A stretch of DNA of 49,143 nt from Parcubacteria group bacterium GW2011_GWA1_47_8 (GCA_000996605.1 LCOP01000006.1:1-49143), one strand, 5' to 3'. Positions 34,442-42,314 are shown, numbered from the stretch's first letter. Program-made: numbers and translations. Notes: generated by a model from the letters alone, not told the origin.

Positions 34442-35557
34442 TTAGTGTAGATTCCCGTCGGTATTTTTGTGGAACAAGGGAAGTAATGTTTCAAGGGCGT
34501 TCTTGCTCGAAGTGATGATAATGGTTTTTGCGTCTGCAAATGCGTACACAATAGTTCCTCCCCCATTCTCAAAAATACGAGTGTCGTGTTTCCAAACAAC
34601 GGTGTCACGAAATTTTCCTACAGCTGATTTTCCAGTGCTTATGTGAGGGATGGTGGTGCCAAAAAACGTATTAAAAAAATTCGGCAGACCGGACTCCCAT
34701 TCAAGCATACCTGCGAATGCGCTGTCGCGGCTTGAGACTTTTAGTATCACGAAAGGGGTGGCAGTGTTTCCACTCTCGCCCACGAGGCCGGTCATAAAGG
34801 AGGTTTCAAGAGACCTGCTGAGAATATTGGGAATAGAAATCCCCAAAGTAGAGAATAGCTGTCGTGCGGAAATTGGCGCGGGGGCTTCGCTTCCTTCGGA
34901 TGAAGACCCTGTCCCGACGAAATAGATGTTGCGAATCTCCTTTTCGGTGAGACCGGCAATGCGTTCGGTGGCAATCGTTGAAAAAATTCCTTGGAGATTA
35001 TTTATATCGAGCGCGAGACGTTTTTCTGATTGCGCAGGAGCAAGTGACGGCGCGAGCGGTTGGGCGGGTTTGGTCGGGATATCGGATGGCAGAGGGGTTT
35101 CCTTTTGATCAGTCGGTTTTCCAAAATTGGGAAAAGAAAAGGTCAGTGTGGATATCTTTGGCCACAAGAGCACGCCACCTCCACCGAGTACCCCCAGAAT
35201 GATAACGACTCCCAGAACAATGAAGATGCGCCCGCGCTTGTGTGTTGGGTGTGCTGTTTGCGTACCCGCTTTTTTTTCCGCAAGCATCTCTTGTGCCTTG
35301 GCTTGTTCTCGAGCGGCTTTTTGTTTTTCGGCGGCGAGGGCAATGGACACCAGCGACTCATTTTGTTGATTGATAGCGATTGCGGAGTCGCTCTTCATGG
35401 TGCGGATGCGGAGAAGCGTCGAAGAGGGCGCGACTTTCGGGACGAGATGAGCTTCTCCCAGAGGTTTGGGCACTGGTATTTTTTGCGGTGGTTGGGGGGG
35501 GCGAGGAATAATTGGTTCCATTGGATTTAGTATACACTGTATGAGATAGTTTCGCAC
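34442..35557 (-). CDS. Single-pass membrane protein, unknown function (probable start at 35521)
   Basis: MEPIIPRPPQPPQK..., motif LRIRTMKSD, TM helix IFIVLGVVIILGVLGGGGVLLW, large C-terminal domain. A C8 homopolymer lies in codons 7-10. Confidence 0.6.
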   Translation of the reverse strand: MRNYLIQCILNPMEPIIPRPPQPPQKIPVPKPLGEAHLVPKVAPSSTLLRIRTMKSDSAIAINQQNESLVSIALAAEKQKAAREQAKAQEMLAEKKAGTQTAHPTHKRGRIFIVLGVVIILGVLGGGGVLLWPKISTLTFSFPNFGKPTDQKETPLPSDIPTKPAQPLAPSLAPAQSEKRLALDINNLQGIFSTIATERIAGLTEKEIRNIYFVGTGSSSEGSEAPAPISARQLFSTLGISIPNILSRSLETSFMTGLVGESGNTATPFVILKVSSRDSAFAGMLEWESGLPNFFNTFFGTTIPHISTGKSAVGKFRDTVVWKHDTRIFENGGGTIVYAFADAKTIIITSSKNALETLLPLFHKNTDGNLH

Positions 35558-35627
35558 GACAATGGTGTGGATACGTCTAGCCCGGGAAAACTATACAGAG
35601 GATTGAAGGTGGATGCAGGAATGTTTC

Positions 35628-35681
35628 TATCAGCTATGTACGTATAATATACTATGGTATATTATACGTACATAGCTGATA
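35628..35681. repeat. Perfect palindrome with 25-bp arms and a 4-nt spacer
   Basis: tatcagctatgtacgtataatatac-tatg-gtatattatacgtacatagctgata. Confidence 0.85.
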
Positions 35682-35687
35682 AATCAT

Positions 35688-35718
35688 AAAAATCCCCAGG
35701 AACTACGTGGGGATTTTT
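35688..35718. terminator. Bidirectional intrinsic terminator downstream of the NYN gene
   Basis: aaaaatcccca-ggaactacg-tggggattttt. Confidence 0.8.
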
Positions 35719-35734
35719 ATATACAACCAATGGA

Positions 35735-36328
35735 TTATTTCGCAGGAGGTCCTTCGCGCTTTGTGCGATGAGGAGGATTTACTTGTTTGCGAGGACGACG
35801 TGCGCCTGCGCTGTTTCCTCCGCGAGAGCCGAGAAGGTATTTGTGCAGATCGTCGCACATGTCGATAAAGTCGTCAGCGGCCTCGCGCAAACGGCCTGAT
35901 GCCGAACGTCCAAAGGTGATGACTTCGACTTGTGTACCCATGAATTTCAAGTATTCAACGAGTGGGACGAAGTCCCCGTCGCCGGAAGCGATGACCACCG
36001 AGTCAACCTTTGACGCAAGACGGATGGCGTCTACCGCGAGCCCGACGTCCCAGTCGGCTTTCTTGGCGCCACCGAAGAAGATCTGAAGATCTTTTGTCTT
36101 TGTTTCAATACCGAGGTTGTTGAGTGCCTCAAAGAAGCTTTTCTCGTCTTCTTTTTCTGTGGTGATGACGTATGCGATTGCGCGCACGAGGTGGCGGTCT
36201 GCAACGGCTTCTTTGAGCACTGCACCAAAGTTAACTTTTGCTCCGTAGAGATTTTTTGCACTATGATAAAGGTTTTGTGTGTCGATGAACATTGCAACAC
36301 GCTGTTCCCTCTGTTTTATAATTGCCAT
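35735..36328 (-). CDS. NYN-domain (LabA/DUF88-like) protein with basic C-terminal tail
   Basis: VAMFIDTQNLYHSAK, DWDVGLAVDAI, VIASGDGDFVPLVEYLK, VEVITF motifs. 197 aa. Confidence 0.8.
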   Translation of the reverse strand: MAIIKQREQRVAMFIDTQNLYHSAKNLYGAKVNFGAVLKEAVADRHLVRAIAYVITTEKEDEKSFFEALNNLGIETKTKDLQIFFGGAKKADWDVGLAVDAIRLASKVDSVVIASGDGDFVPLVEYLKFMGTQVEVITFGRSASGRLREAADDFIDMCDDLHKYLLGSRGGNSAGARRPRKQVNPPHRTKREGPPAK

Positions 36329-36397
36329 ATTTTTTGTTATTTTTCTTTTAGTATATCAAATGTTTCTTTATTCGCGAAAAAGCGGCGTAAGATGTTA

Positions 36398-36420
36398 AAT
36401 GCCCCGCAAGGCGGGGCATT
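36398..36420 (-). terminator. Intrinsic terminator downstream of rpsO
   Basis: aatgccccgc-aag-gcggggcatt. Confidence 0.7.
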
Positions 36421-36431
36421 GGGGAGTTAAA

Positions 36432-36695
36432 TTATTTCAAACCAAGAGTTTTTACGAGAGAATCGTAACGGTCTCTGTTTTTACGCTTGAGGTAGCTTAA
36501 ATGGGTGCGGCGATCCGCAACCATTTGGAGCAATCCACGGCGCGAATGGTTGTCTTTATGGTTTTTCTTTAAATGTGACGCAAGCTCGTCGATGCGCTTT
36601 GAGAGGATCGCTACTTGGGCCTCAGGAGAACCCGTGTCTGTGTCGTGTACGCGGACTTTCCTAATAATATTCTGCTTTTGTTTCGTTGTTATCAT
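36432..36695 (-). CDS. rpsO: 30S ribosomal protein S15
   Basis: HDTDTGSPEAQVAILSKRIDELASHLKKNHKDNHSRRGLLQMVADRR. Start at the ATG at 36695 (MITTKQKQ). Confidence 0.92.
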   Translation of the reverse strand: MITTKQKQNIIRKVRVHDTDTGSPEAQVAILSKRIDELASHLKKNHKDNHSRRGLLQMVADRRTHLSYLKRKNRDRYDSLVKTLGLK

Positions 36696-36797
36696 TACCA
36701 GAAATAATAGCATAGAACGTTACATAATGCAAGCCCTATTCTCGTTTCTACTAGGAAGACCTTTGAGAAGGACTTCCCCCTAAAAAAAGAAAGTGGA

Positions 36798-37070
36798 TTA
36801 CAAGAGCCTGTCTTTGTCGCTCCCCCCCTGCATAATCTCGATACCGCCGCGGTCGAAAAGCTCTTGTTTAAATACCTCAATTGATTCTTCCGCCATGGTT
36901 TCGTTCGGTTCGATTAGATTGATTGCTTCTCCCGAACCTTTTTCCAAGACAACGCCATGATCGCTCATTGTTTTCATAGAATCCACGTCGTTTTCTTGGT
37001 GGATATCGGCTCCTCCATCATCGTCTGAATTTTTAGAATGCGTGATGAGGATAAATTTGTCTGAACTCAT
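36798..37070 (-). CDS. Small acidic protein, unknown function
   Basis: 90-aa ORF, D/E-rich, no SD. Weakly supported. Confidence 0.35.
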   Translation of the reverse strand: MSSDKFILITHSKNSDDDGGADIHQENDVDSMKTMSDHGVVLEKGSGEAINLIEPNETMAEESIEVFKQELFDRGGIEIMQGGSDKDRLL

Positions 37071-37160
37071 AGATTAAGTGTAGCGCATATGAGAAATTTT
37101 TGGAAGTACTATGAAGACTAGACCGATACGGGATGTTGTTTTTGTGATATTGTATATCAT

Positions 37161-38093
37161 ATGTCGCACAATCTTGACCTGCAGACGCTCAAGAGGCAAT
37201 TTTTCGAACATTTGGAAATCGAAAAAGGGCGAAGCCTGAAGACGATAGAAAATTACGAACGGTATCTTGCGCGATTTTTGGCGTTTGCAAAGGTTTCCGA
37301 CCCGCACGCGATCACCGACGACATGGTGCGCGAGTTTCGTTTGTGGCTCAATCGCCAACCCTCCGGCGTGAAAAGCGGCGGCCACGCGGAAACACTCAAG
37401 AAAAAAACACAGAACTATTATTTGATCGCGCTCCGAAGTTTTCTCAAATATTTGCGCAAGCGTGGCATCGAATCACTCTCCCCCGAGCGCATCGACCTCG
37501 CGAAAGTTGCCGAACGCGACCTTGACCTCATCTCGGCGAGTGACTTGGAGCGACTGCTTGCGGCACCAAATGGGAGCGATCTCAAAAGTTTGCGCGACAA
37601 GGCAATCCTCGAACTCTTTTTTTCCACCGGACTCCGCCTTTCCGAACTCTGCTCCCTTCCGCGCGATCTTGATATCGAAAAAGACGAATTTTCCGTGCGG
37701 GGCAAGGGTGAAAAAGTACGCGTGGTATTTCTCTCTGAACATGCGCGTGCCGCAATACAAGCATATTTTGCCAGGCGTACTGATATGGATGATGCGCTTT
37801 TTGTGCGGGTGGAAACAAAAATGTCCGAGGGTCATGGCGTCTCCCTTCGCCTCACTCCTCGCTCCATTGAGCGTATCGTGAAATACTATGCGACCAAAGC
37901 CGGCATTTCAAAAAAGGTTACTCCGCATGTCATTCGACATTTGTTCGCGACCGATTTGTTGCAAAATGGTGCGGACATCCGATCCGTGCAAATGATGCTT
38001 GGGCATTCAAACATTGCGACGACGCAGATTTACACCCACATTACCGATAAGCAGTTGCGTGATGTTCATAAGAAGTTTCACGGCAAAAAATAG
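37161..38093 (+). CDS. Tyrosine site-specific recombinase, XerC/XerD-like
   Basis: N-terminal SAM-like core-binding domain. Catalytic region GLRLSEL, HVIRHLFATDLLQNGADIRSVQMMLGHSNIATTQIYTH (R..HxxR..Y). Confidence 0.88.
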   Translation: MSHNLDLQTLKRQFFEHLEIEKGRSLKTIENYERYLARFLAFAKVSDPHAITDDMVREFRLWLNRQPSGVKSGGHAETLKKKTQNYYLIALRSFLKYLRKRGIESLSPERIDLAKVAERDLDLISASDLERLLAAPNGSDLKSLRDKAILELFFSTGLRLSELCSLPRDLDIEKDEFSVRGKGEKVRVVFLSEHARAAIQAYFARRTDMDDALFVRVETKMSEGHGVSLRLTPRSIERIVKYYATKAGISKKVTPHVIRHLFATDLLQNGADIRSVQMMLGHSNIATTQIYTHITDKQLRDVHKKFHGKK

Positions 38094-38129
38094 AGTAGTC
38101 CCGTATTAATTCTTTGCCACTTTTTTCCC

Positions 38130-38324
38130 TTATTTTAGATCCATCATCTTTCCTTTCATTTTTTCAAAATATGCGATAAGCTCGGCGTCGCTCCACGTTA
38201 CTCTGTCCATCAGTCTGTTCGTTGATGGAAGACGATGCATGATTTTGCCTACCGTTTGTACCATTTTTCTCAACCTTTCCAATAGTTCTTTGCGAGATGC
38301 TGGCGTGTCTTCGGGTGTGTCCAT
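38130..38324 (-). CDS. Small protein, unknown function
   Basis: 64-aa ORF with strong SD AAGGAGG 5 nt upstream of the ATG. Confidence 0.5.
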   Translation of the reverse strand: MDTPEDTPASRKELLERLRKMVQTVGKIMHRLPSTNRLMDRVTWSDAELIAYFEKMKGKMMDLK

Positions 38325-38410
38325 AAAAACCTCCTTTTGCGGTGAAATATCGTACGAACTTTTTTCATGGTACCTTATTTTCGTGATTTCGTCGAATGTT
38401 GTTTGTCGGC

Positions 38411-38416
38411 TATAAT
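38411..38416 (+). promoter_or_regulatory. -10 box TATAAT 6 nt upstream of the xth ATG (leaderless-type architecture)
   Basis: ggcTATAATgactttATG read directly. Confidence 0.5.
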
Positions 38417-38422
38417 GACTTT

Positions 38423-39193
38423 ATGAAACTACTTTCATGGAACGTGAACGGTTTGCGGGCGATTCACAAAAAAGGAAACTTTGCGGATCTGCTCAAGACC
38501 AACACGGATATTTTTTGTTTGCAGGAAACAAAAGTAGAAGTGGATCAATTACCGGAGGAGGTGCGGAATCCCGCAGGGTATTTCTCATATTTCAGTCATT
38601 CAAAGATGCGCAAGGGTTATAGTGGGGTTGCCGTTTATTCGAAAATAAAGCCGGAAAAGGTTGAAGAAGGTATGGGTCTGGAAGAATTTGATAAAGAAGG
38701 GCGCCTCCTTGTCCTTTACTATCCCGACTTTGTCCTTTTGAATTGTTACTTCCCCAACGGTGGCGGCGGACCCGAGCGCTTGCAATACAAACTCGATTTT
38801 TATGATCACTTTTTGAAATTCGTCGAGAAACTTCGCAAGAAAAATCACAAGATTATTATCTGCGGCGATGTGAATACCGCGCATGAAGAAGTCGATCTCG
38901 CACGGCCAAAAGAAAACAAGAAAAACACGGGGTTCCTTCCTGAAGAACGCGCATGGATTGACGAACTTATTTATCACGGTTATGTGGATATTTTTCGTCA
39001 CTTGCATCCACATACGCTGGATGTTTATACGTATTGGGATATAAAGACCAGCGCCCGCGACCGCAACGTCGGCTGGCGTATTGATTACTTCTTCGTGAGC
39101 CCCGACCTCCTCCCCCGTGTGAAGCATGCCACCATGCTTACCGACTTTTATGGCTCGGATCATTGTCCGATTGCGTTGGAATTAAAAGATTGA
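38423..39193 (+). CDS. xth: Exodeoxyribonuclease III (AP endonuclease, EEP family)
   Basis: MKLLSWNVNGLRA, FCLQETK, GDVNTAHEEVD, YWD, GSDHCPI motifs. Confidence 0.92.
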   Translation: MKLLSWNVNGLRAIHKKGNFADLLKTNTDIFCLQETKVEVDQLPEEVRNPAGYFSYFSHSKMRKGYSGVAVYSKIKPEKVEEGMGLEEFDKEGRLLVLYYPDFVLLNCYFPNGGGGPERLQYKLDFYDHFLKFVEKLRKKNHKIIICGDVNTAHEEVDLARPKENKKNTGFLPEERAWIDELIYHGYVDIFRHLHPHTLDVYTYWDIKTSARDRNVGWRIDYFFVSPDLLPRVKHATMLTDFYGSDHCPIALELKD

Positions 39194-39228
39194 CAAGATA
39201 TGATAATTTAGTATGATAATATCATATC
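39190..39228 (+). promoter_or_regulatory. Candidate promoter/operator upstream of the toxin-antitoxin operon
   Basis: TTGACA (39190-39195), a 16-nt spacer, then TATGAT. Direct repeat tatgataat x2 (39199-39207, 39212-39220) and inverted repeat gatatgat/atcatatc. More hairpins lie at 39231-39250 and 39264-39291. Confidence 0.4.
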
Positions 39229-39323
39229 AGTAATATAGAGTACTATATTAGCTCCTCGGCTCGGAGCTGTAAAAGATTACTTCTACAGCTCTCTCGCTTT
39301 ACGTCGCTAATAATATAAATCAT

Positions 39324-39542
39324 ATGTCCACACTATCTGTCCCATTGTCACCAGAACTAGAGAAATTCATTAATAGTCAAGTAAAAAGTGGCAACGCAGC
39401 CAACAAAGCTGATGTTGTTCGTCGTGCCCTCACCCGTTTTTCTGAAGATGAGGCAGTGCGCGCTGTGCTTGAGGCATCCCAAGAAGTGAAAGATGGCAAA
39501 GTATTGCGCGGGGATTTGCGCGAACTTGCGAAAAGAATCTAA
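39324..39542 (+). CDS. Type II antitoxin, ParD/ribbon-helix-helix type
   Basis: 72 aa. LSVPLSPELEKFINSQVKSGNAANKADVVRRALTRF resembles ParD-family antitoxins. It ends 2 nt before the toxin gene. Confidence 0.7.
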   Translation: MSTLSVPLSPELEKFINSQVKSGNAANKADVVRRALTRFSEDEAVRAVLEASQEVKDGKVLRGDLRELAKRI

Positions 39543-39544
39543 TT

Positions 39545-39811
39545 ATGAAAGTTGCTTACACGCCTAGATTTTTGAGATTCTATAAGAAGTTACCAGCGGG
39601 TTTACAGGATGAGGTAATTGAAAAGATAGACCTGTTTAAGGACGTCAACAATCACCAGCGACTGGAAGTACACAAATTAAAAGGGAGACTGAAAAAATTC
39701 TATGGCTTCTCGGTTGATTATAAAAATCGTATCGTTTTTGAGTACATGTCCAAAAATGAGATAGTACTCTTGGCGGTCGGTGATCATGAAATTTATAAAA
39801 TGTTTTTGTAA
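39545..39811 (+). CDS. Type II toxin, RelE/ParE superfamily
   Basis: 88 aa. HKLKGRLKKFYGFSVDYKNRIVFEY...IVLLAVGDHEIY is a typical RelE/ParE-fold signature. Confidence 0.75.
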   Translation: MKVAYTPRFLRFYKKLPAGLQDEVIEKIDLFKDVNNHQRLEVHKLKGRLKKFYGFSVDYKNRIVFEYMSKNEIVLLAVGDHEIYKMFL

Positions 39812-39813
39812 AC

Positions 39814-40062
39814 ATGAACAAAAAGACAAAAGAAAAAGAAGCAGAAACAAGTGGCTGGGCTTTTGCCATTGTGAATAGAAAACTTTCTGAGATATTTTTT
39901 AAGGTAAGGAATGGCAAGATGTCAGTATATGCGCATTGTTATGTAGAGGAAAGCGAATATAAGGCGAAATGGGAGAAAAAAGCAATACAAAACGACACCG
40001 AGAAGTACAGGTTCATTTGGCGAAACAAGGAATACAAGCGGGTTCAACCAAAAACTATTTGA
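39814..40062 (+). CDS. Small protein of unknown function, third gene 2 nt after the toxin
   Basis: 82-aa ORF. Its 3' end overlaps the convergent TrmB-like gene by 8 nt. Confidence 0.45.
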   Translation: MNKKTKEKEAETSGWAFAIVNRKLSEIFFKVRNGKMSVYAHCYVEESEYKAKWEKKAIQNDTEKYRFIWRNKEYKRVQPKTI

Positions 40063-40831
40063 TCACCTTACTCTTGTCATACTCATCCCCTAGTCTTGAC
40101 CAGAGCATCTCGAAGATTTGTTTCATTGCTTTTGCTACGGTTGGAGATTCGATGATGACGCCGACGGAGGTATCAAAGAAAATGATCTTTACGAAATTTT
40201 GGTAAAATTCAAATGAGGCATTTGAGCTATAAAGTTCTTTCGGAATGAATTTCGGGGTGAATGTTGCATCCTTGATGTATTTTTCGAATCCTTTCAAAGT
40301 TTCCGCCTCGGTGAGTAAGCCACGTACCTTGATGTTGTGCGCAATTCGATATTCGTTGAATTCAAGCGATGCCGCATAGGTTTCTTGCGTCGCAAAGTCC
40401 GGGTCTGCATAAAATCCCACTATCTCCGTGTCGCGCAGTTCTTTTATGCGGTACATTAGCGCTTGTTTGAGTCCTTCCTTGCCTTCAAAATACAGGACGG
40501 TCGGCTTGTCCGCCACACCCCCCTTGAGCGCTTGGAGTTCAGGGAGGTTCTTTTTTGCTTCAAGCAATTTTTGCTCGCGCTCCTCGTAGATCACTTCAGG
40601 TGGGCGGGCAATGTAGGTGTGTTTGTCGCCAGGGGCTTTGACGGCATAACCTTTTTCAACAAGCTCGTTCGCTATAACATACGCAGTCGGGCGCTTGAGA
40701 CCGCTTCGTTTCGCCATTTTGTAGGGGGTTGATGGGCCAAGCTGGAGAAGCACGAAATATATTTTTGCTTCCTTTTCGCTAAGACCCAATGTCTCAAGAG
40801 TTTTAAGTAAATGGTCTTTATTGTCTGCCAT
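40055..40831 (-). CDS. TrmB-family transcriptional regulator
   Basis: N-terminal wHTH LETLGLSEKEAKIYFVLLQLGPSTPYKMAKRSGLKRPTAYVIANELVEKGY. On the minus strand TTGACT-N16-TATGCT sits just upstream of the ATG at 40831, a leaderless-type arrangement. Confidence 0.8.
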   Translation of the reverse strand: MADNKDHLLKTLETLGLSEKEAKIYFVLLQLGPSTPYKMAKRSGLKRPTAYVIANELVEKGYAVKAPGDKHTYIARPPEVIYEEREQKLLEAKKNLPELQALKGGVADKPTVLYFEGKEGLKQALMYRIKELRDTEIVGFYADPDFATQETYAASLEFNEYRIAHNIKVRGLLTEAETLKGFEKYIKDATFTPKFIPKELYSSNASFEFYQNFVKIIFFDTSVGVIIESPTVAKAMKQIFEMLWSRLGDEYDKSKVIK

Positions 40832-40884
40832 ACATATAGCATACACCCATTTTAATAATAGTCAATAATTTTGACAAATGTTTG

Positions 40885-40933
40885 GTAAAATAGCCGAAAT
40901 ACCTTGAAATACAAGGCACTTCGGCTATTTTAC
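40885..40933. other. Nested hairpin (14-bp outer stem, 5-bp inner stem) in the TrmB/island divergent region
   Basis: gtaaaatagccgaa-[at a ccttg aaata caagg cac]-ttcggctattttac. Confidence 0.6.
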
Positions 40934-40966
40934 GGCATGCTACCAGTCACAAACTAGACACATTGC

Positions 40967-40995
40967 TTGACATTTTGTAAAGAGTTTGCTACGAT
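40967..40995 (+). promoter_or_regulatory. Canonical sigma70-type promoter for the small-gene island
   Basis: TTGACA, a 17-nt spacer, then TACGAT. It lies 78 nt upstream of the ATG at 41074. The palindrome gcggatatccgc lies in the leader. Confidence 0.6.
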
Positions 40996-41073
40996 ATCAC
41001 CAGAGAAGTTAAGTACATTGATACCGCGGATATCCGCAACCGCGCCCCCGGTATGTGGGTAAAGGAGATTGAC

Positions 41074-41385
41074 ATGAGCAAATTCTGTGTGGTTGGTGTG
41101 GAGATGTTGGGAGGCTGTGCCATTTACGCTGACGGTATGCGCTTCGAAAGCCGCCCCGTCCAAATGGCCCCCCGTGTTTGCGACTCACTCGGCAAAGCGA
41201 CTTCCCTGGTTAACTTTCTACATCATAACCGGCATTCTTACAGGGAATACGGAATTGATGATATAAAGGACCTCGTTGTTTACGAGGTTGGGGATGATTG
41301 TCTTGACGATCTAGATGATATCGATACTGATCTCATTATGGCGAAAGCCCTAATGAGATACGATTATCATTTTGGTGAATCGTGA
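41074..41385 (+). CDS. Small protein with acidic C-terminal half, unknown function
   Basis: 103 aa. SD AAGGAGATTGAC-ATG. Confidence 0.55.
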   Translation: MSKFCVVGVEMLGGCAIYADGMRFESRPVQMAPRVCDSLGKATSLVNFLHHNRHSYREYGIDDIKDLVVYEVGDDCLDDLDDIDTDLIMAKALMRYDYHFGES

Positions 41386-41584
41386 GCCTACTCCCACGCA
41401 ATCCCCTGCGTGAAATAAATACGGGTGTTATCCAACGGCATAAGCGGGGATTCTGGCGAATACATAAGTCAGAGCGAGACCGCAGTTGGGAGCTCCACTC
41501 AGGATATGTGCTCGAAATCCTCGCTAAAGCCAAAGCGTAATAATGGCTGGACAAGTTTAGTAGCGGAATTTTCGCTCCTTGTCG

Positions 41585-41625
41585 TGGCGAGTTGAGTGTT
41601 TCACTCCTCCTCGCCATCTTTATCA
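41585..41625 (+). terminator. Hairpin plus CTCGCCATCTTTATCA tail (copy 1 of the twin terminators)
   Basis: tggcgag-(18-nt loop containing cactcctcc)-ctcgcca tctttatca. Confidence 0.45.
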
Positions 41626-41942
41626 GGAACATAACGTGTTTGTGTTTCTGTAGAGATTCGGTTCTTTGAAAGAAAATTGCGCGAAGTGCCATCCGTCAGG
41701 ATGAGCTCACCGTGGGGGCGGGCGCAAGATATGTGGAACCCCCAAGTGCAAAACCGTGATGGTTGCTCCGGGTTACTGTTTTCACTAGTGGATAAGGAAT
41801 TCCATAAATGAAGGCAACGAGTCGCTGGTAGGCACACTAGCGGCAGACCACACATGATAGTCATATAAACTATTTTGTGCGTTGCGGGTACCGCAATGTA
41901 ATTCTGTAAACAGTGACCACACACTGCAAACAGAAAAAAGCC

Positions 41943-41976
41943 ATGGCGAGCAAAACATCGCTCGCCATCTTTATCA
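41943..41976 (+). terminator. Hairpin plus CTCGCCATCTTTATCA tail (copy 2 of the twin terminators)
   Basis: atggcgagc-aaaacatc-gctcgccat ctttatca. The 16-mer ctcgccatctttatca is identical to 41610-41625. Confidence 0.5.
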
Positions 41977-42042
41977 AGATTTTAAACATGGGGTTTGAAA
42001 TTTTGTAGAGATGAAGTTCTTTATAAACAAAAGGAGATTCCG

Positions 42043-42294
42043 ATGAGTGATCGTACTGCAAATTTGAAAGGCAAGATAGTTGGTTTTGCGAGCGATGGAA
42101 GTTGGGTGGTCGTTAGGACGGATGTCGGCAACGCGTATCTGGACATTGATGATGCGCTGGACTACCGCTTGCGTGTAGGTGACGATATCGAAGTCGAGGA
42201 GGCGAGCTGGTATCTGTCGAACGGGCAGATTGTGACCATTCTCGGTTACAAATATTCACTTAACGGCGTATGGCGTACCATTTCTGAAACTTAA
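42043..42294 (+). CDS. Small soluble protein, unknown function
   Basis: 83 aa from MSDRTANLKGK. SD AAGGAGATTCCG-ATG. The ORF-track start at 41995 is an extension. Confidence 0.6.
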   Translation: MSDRTANLKGKIVGFASDGSWVVVRTDVGNAYLDIDDALDYRLRVGDDIEVEEASWYLSNGQIVTILGYKYSLNGVWRTISET

Positions 42295-42314
42295 AACATC
42301 ACAAGGAGATTGAC

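Noticed and set aside
37074-37385. 103-aa minus-strand ORF overlapping the 5' end of the recombinase gene, and ORFs 37418-37835 antisense to it
   Set aside because: They overlap a strongly supported gene, have no motifs and have Arg/Ser-rich shadow-frame composition.
41336-41924. Minus-strand ORFs 41336-41692 (118 aa) and 41601-41924 (107 aa) in the island gap
   Set aside because: They have no SD or promoter context. Their composition is implausible (Cys/His/Arg-rich, low complexity). They overlap each other, and the first overlaps the 3' end of the plus-strand gene. The region is treated as non-coding or RNA-coding instead.
41386-42010. RNase P RNA, tmRNA, SRP RNA, group I/II intron or hammerhead ribozyme in the ORF-poor stretch
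   Set aside because: By eye the diagnostic strings are absent: GAGGAAAGUCC and ACAGAAxxCGGCUUA for RNase P RNA, the tRNA-like TTCGA...CCA end for tmRNA, the GGAA-tetraloop SRP helix 8 consensus, the group II domain V, and CUGAUGA...GAAA. A covariance-model scan is still needed.
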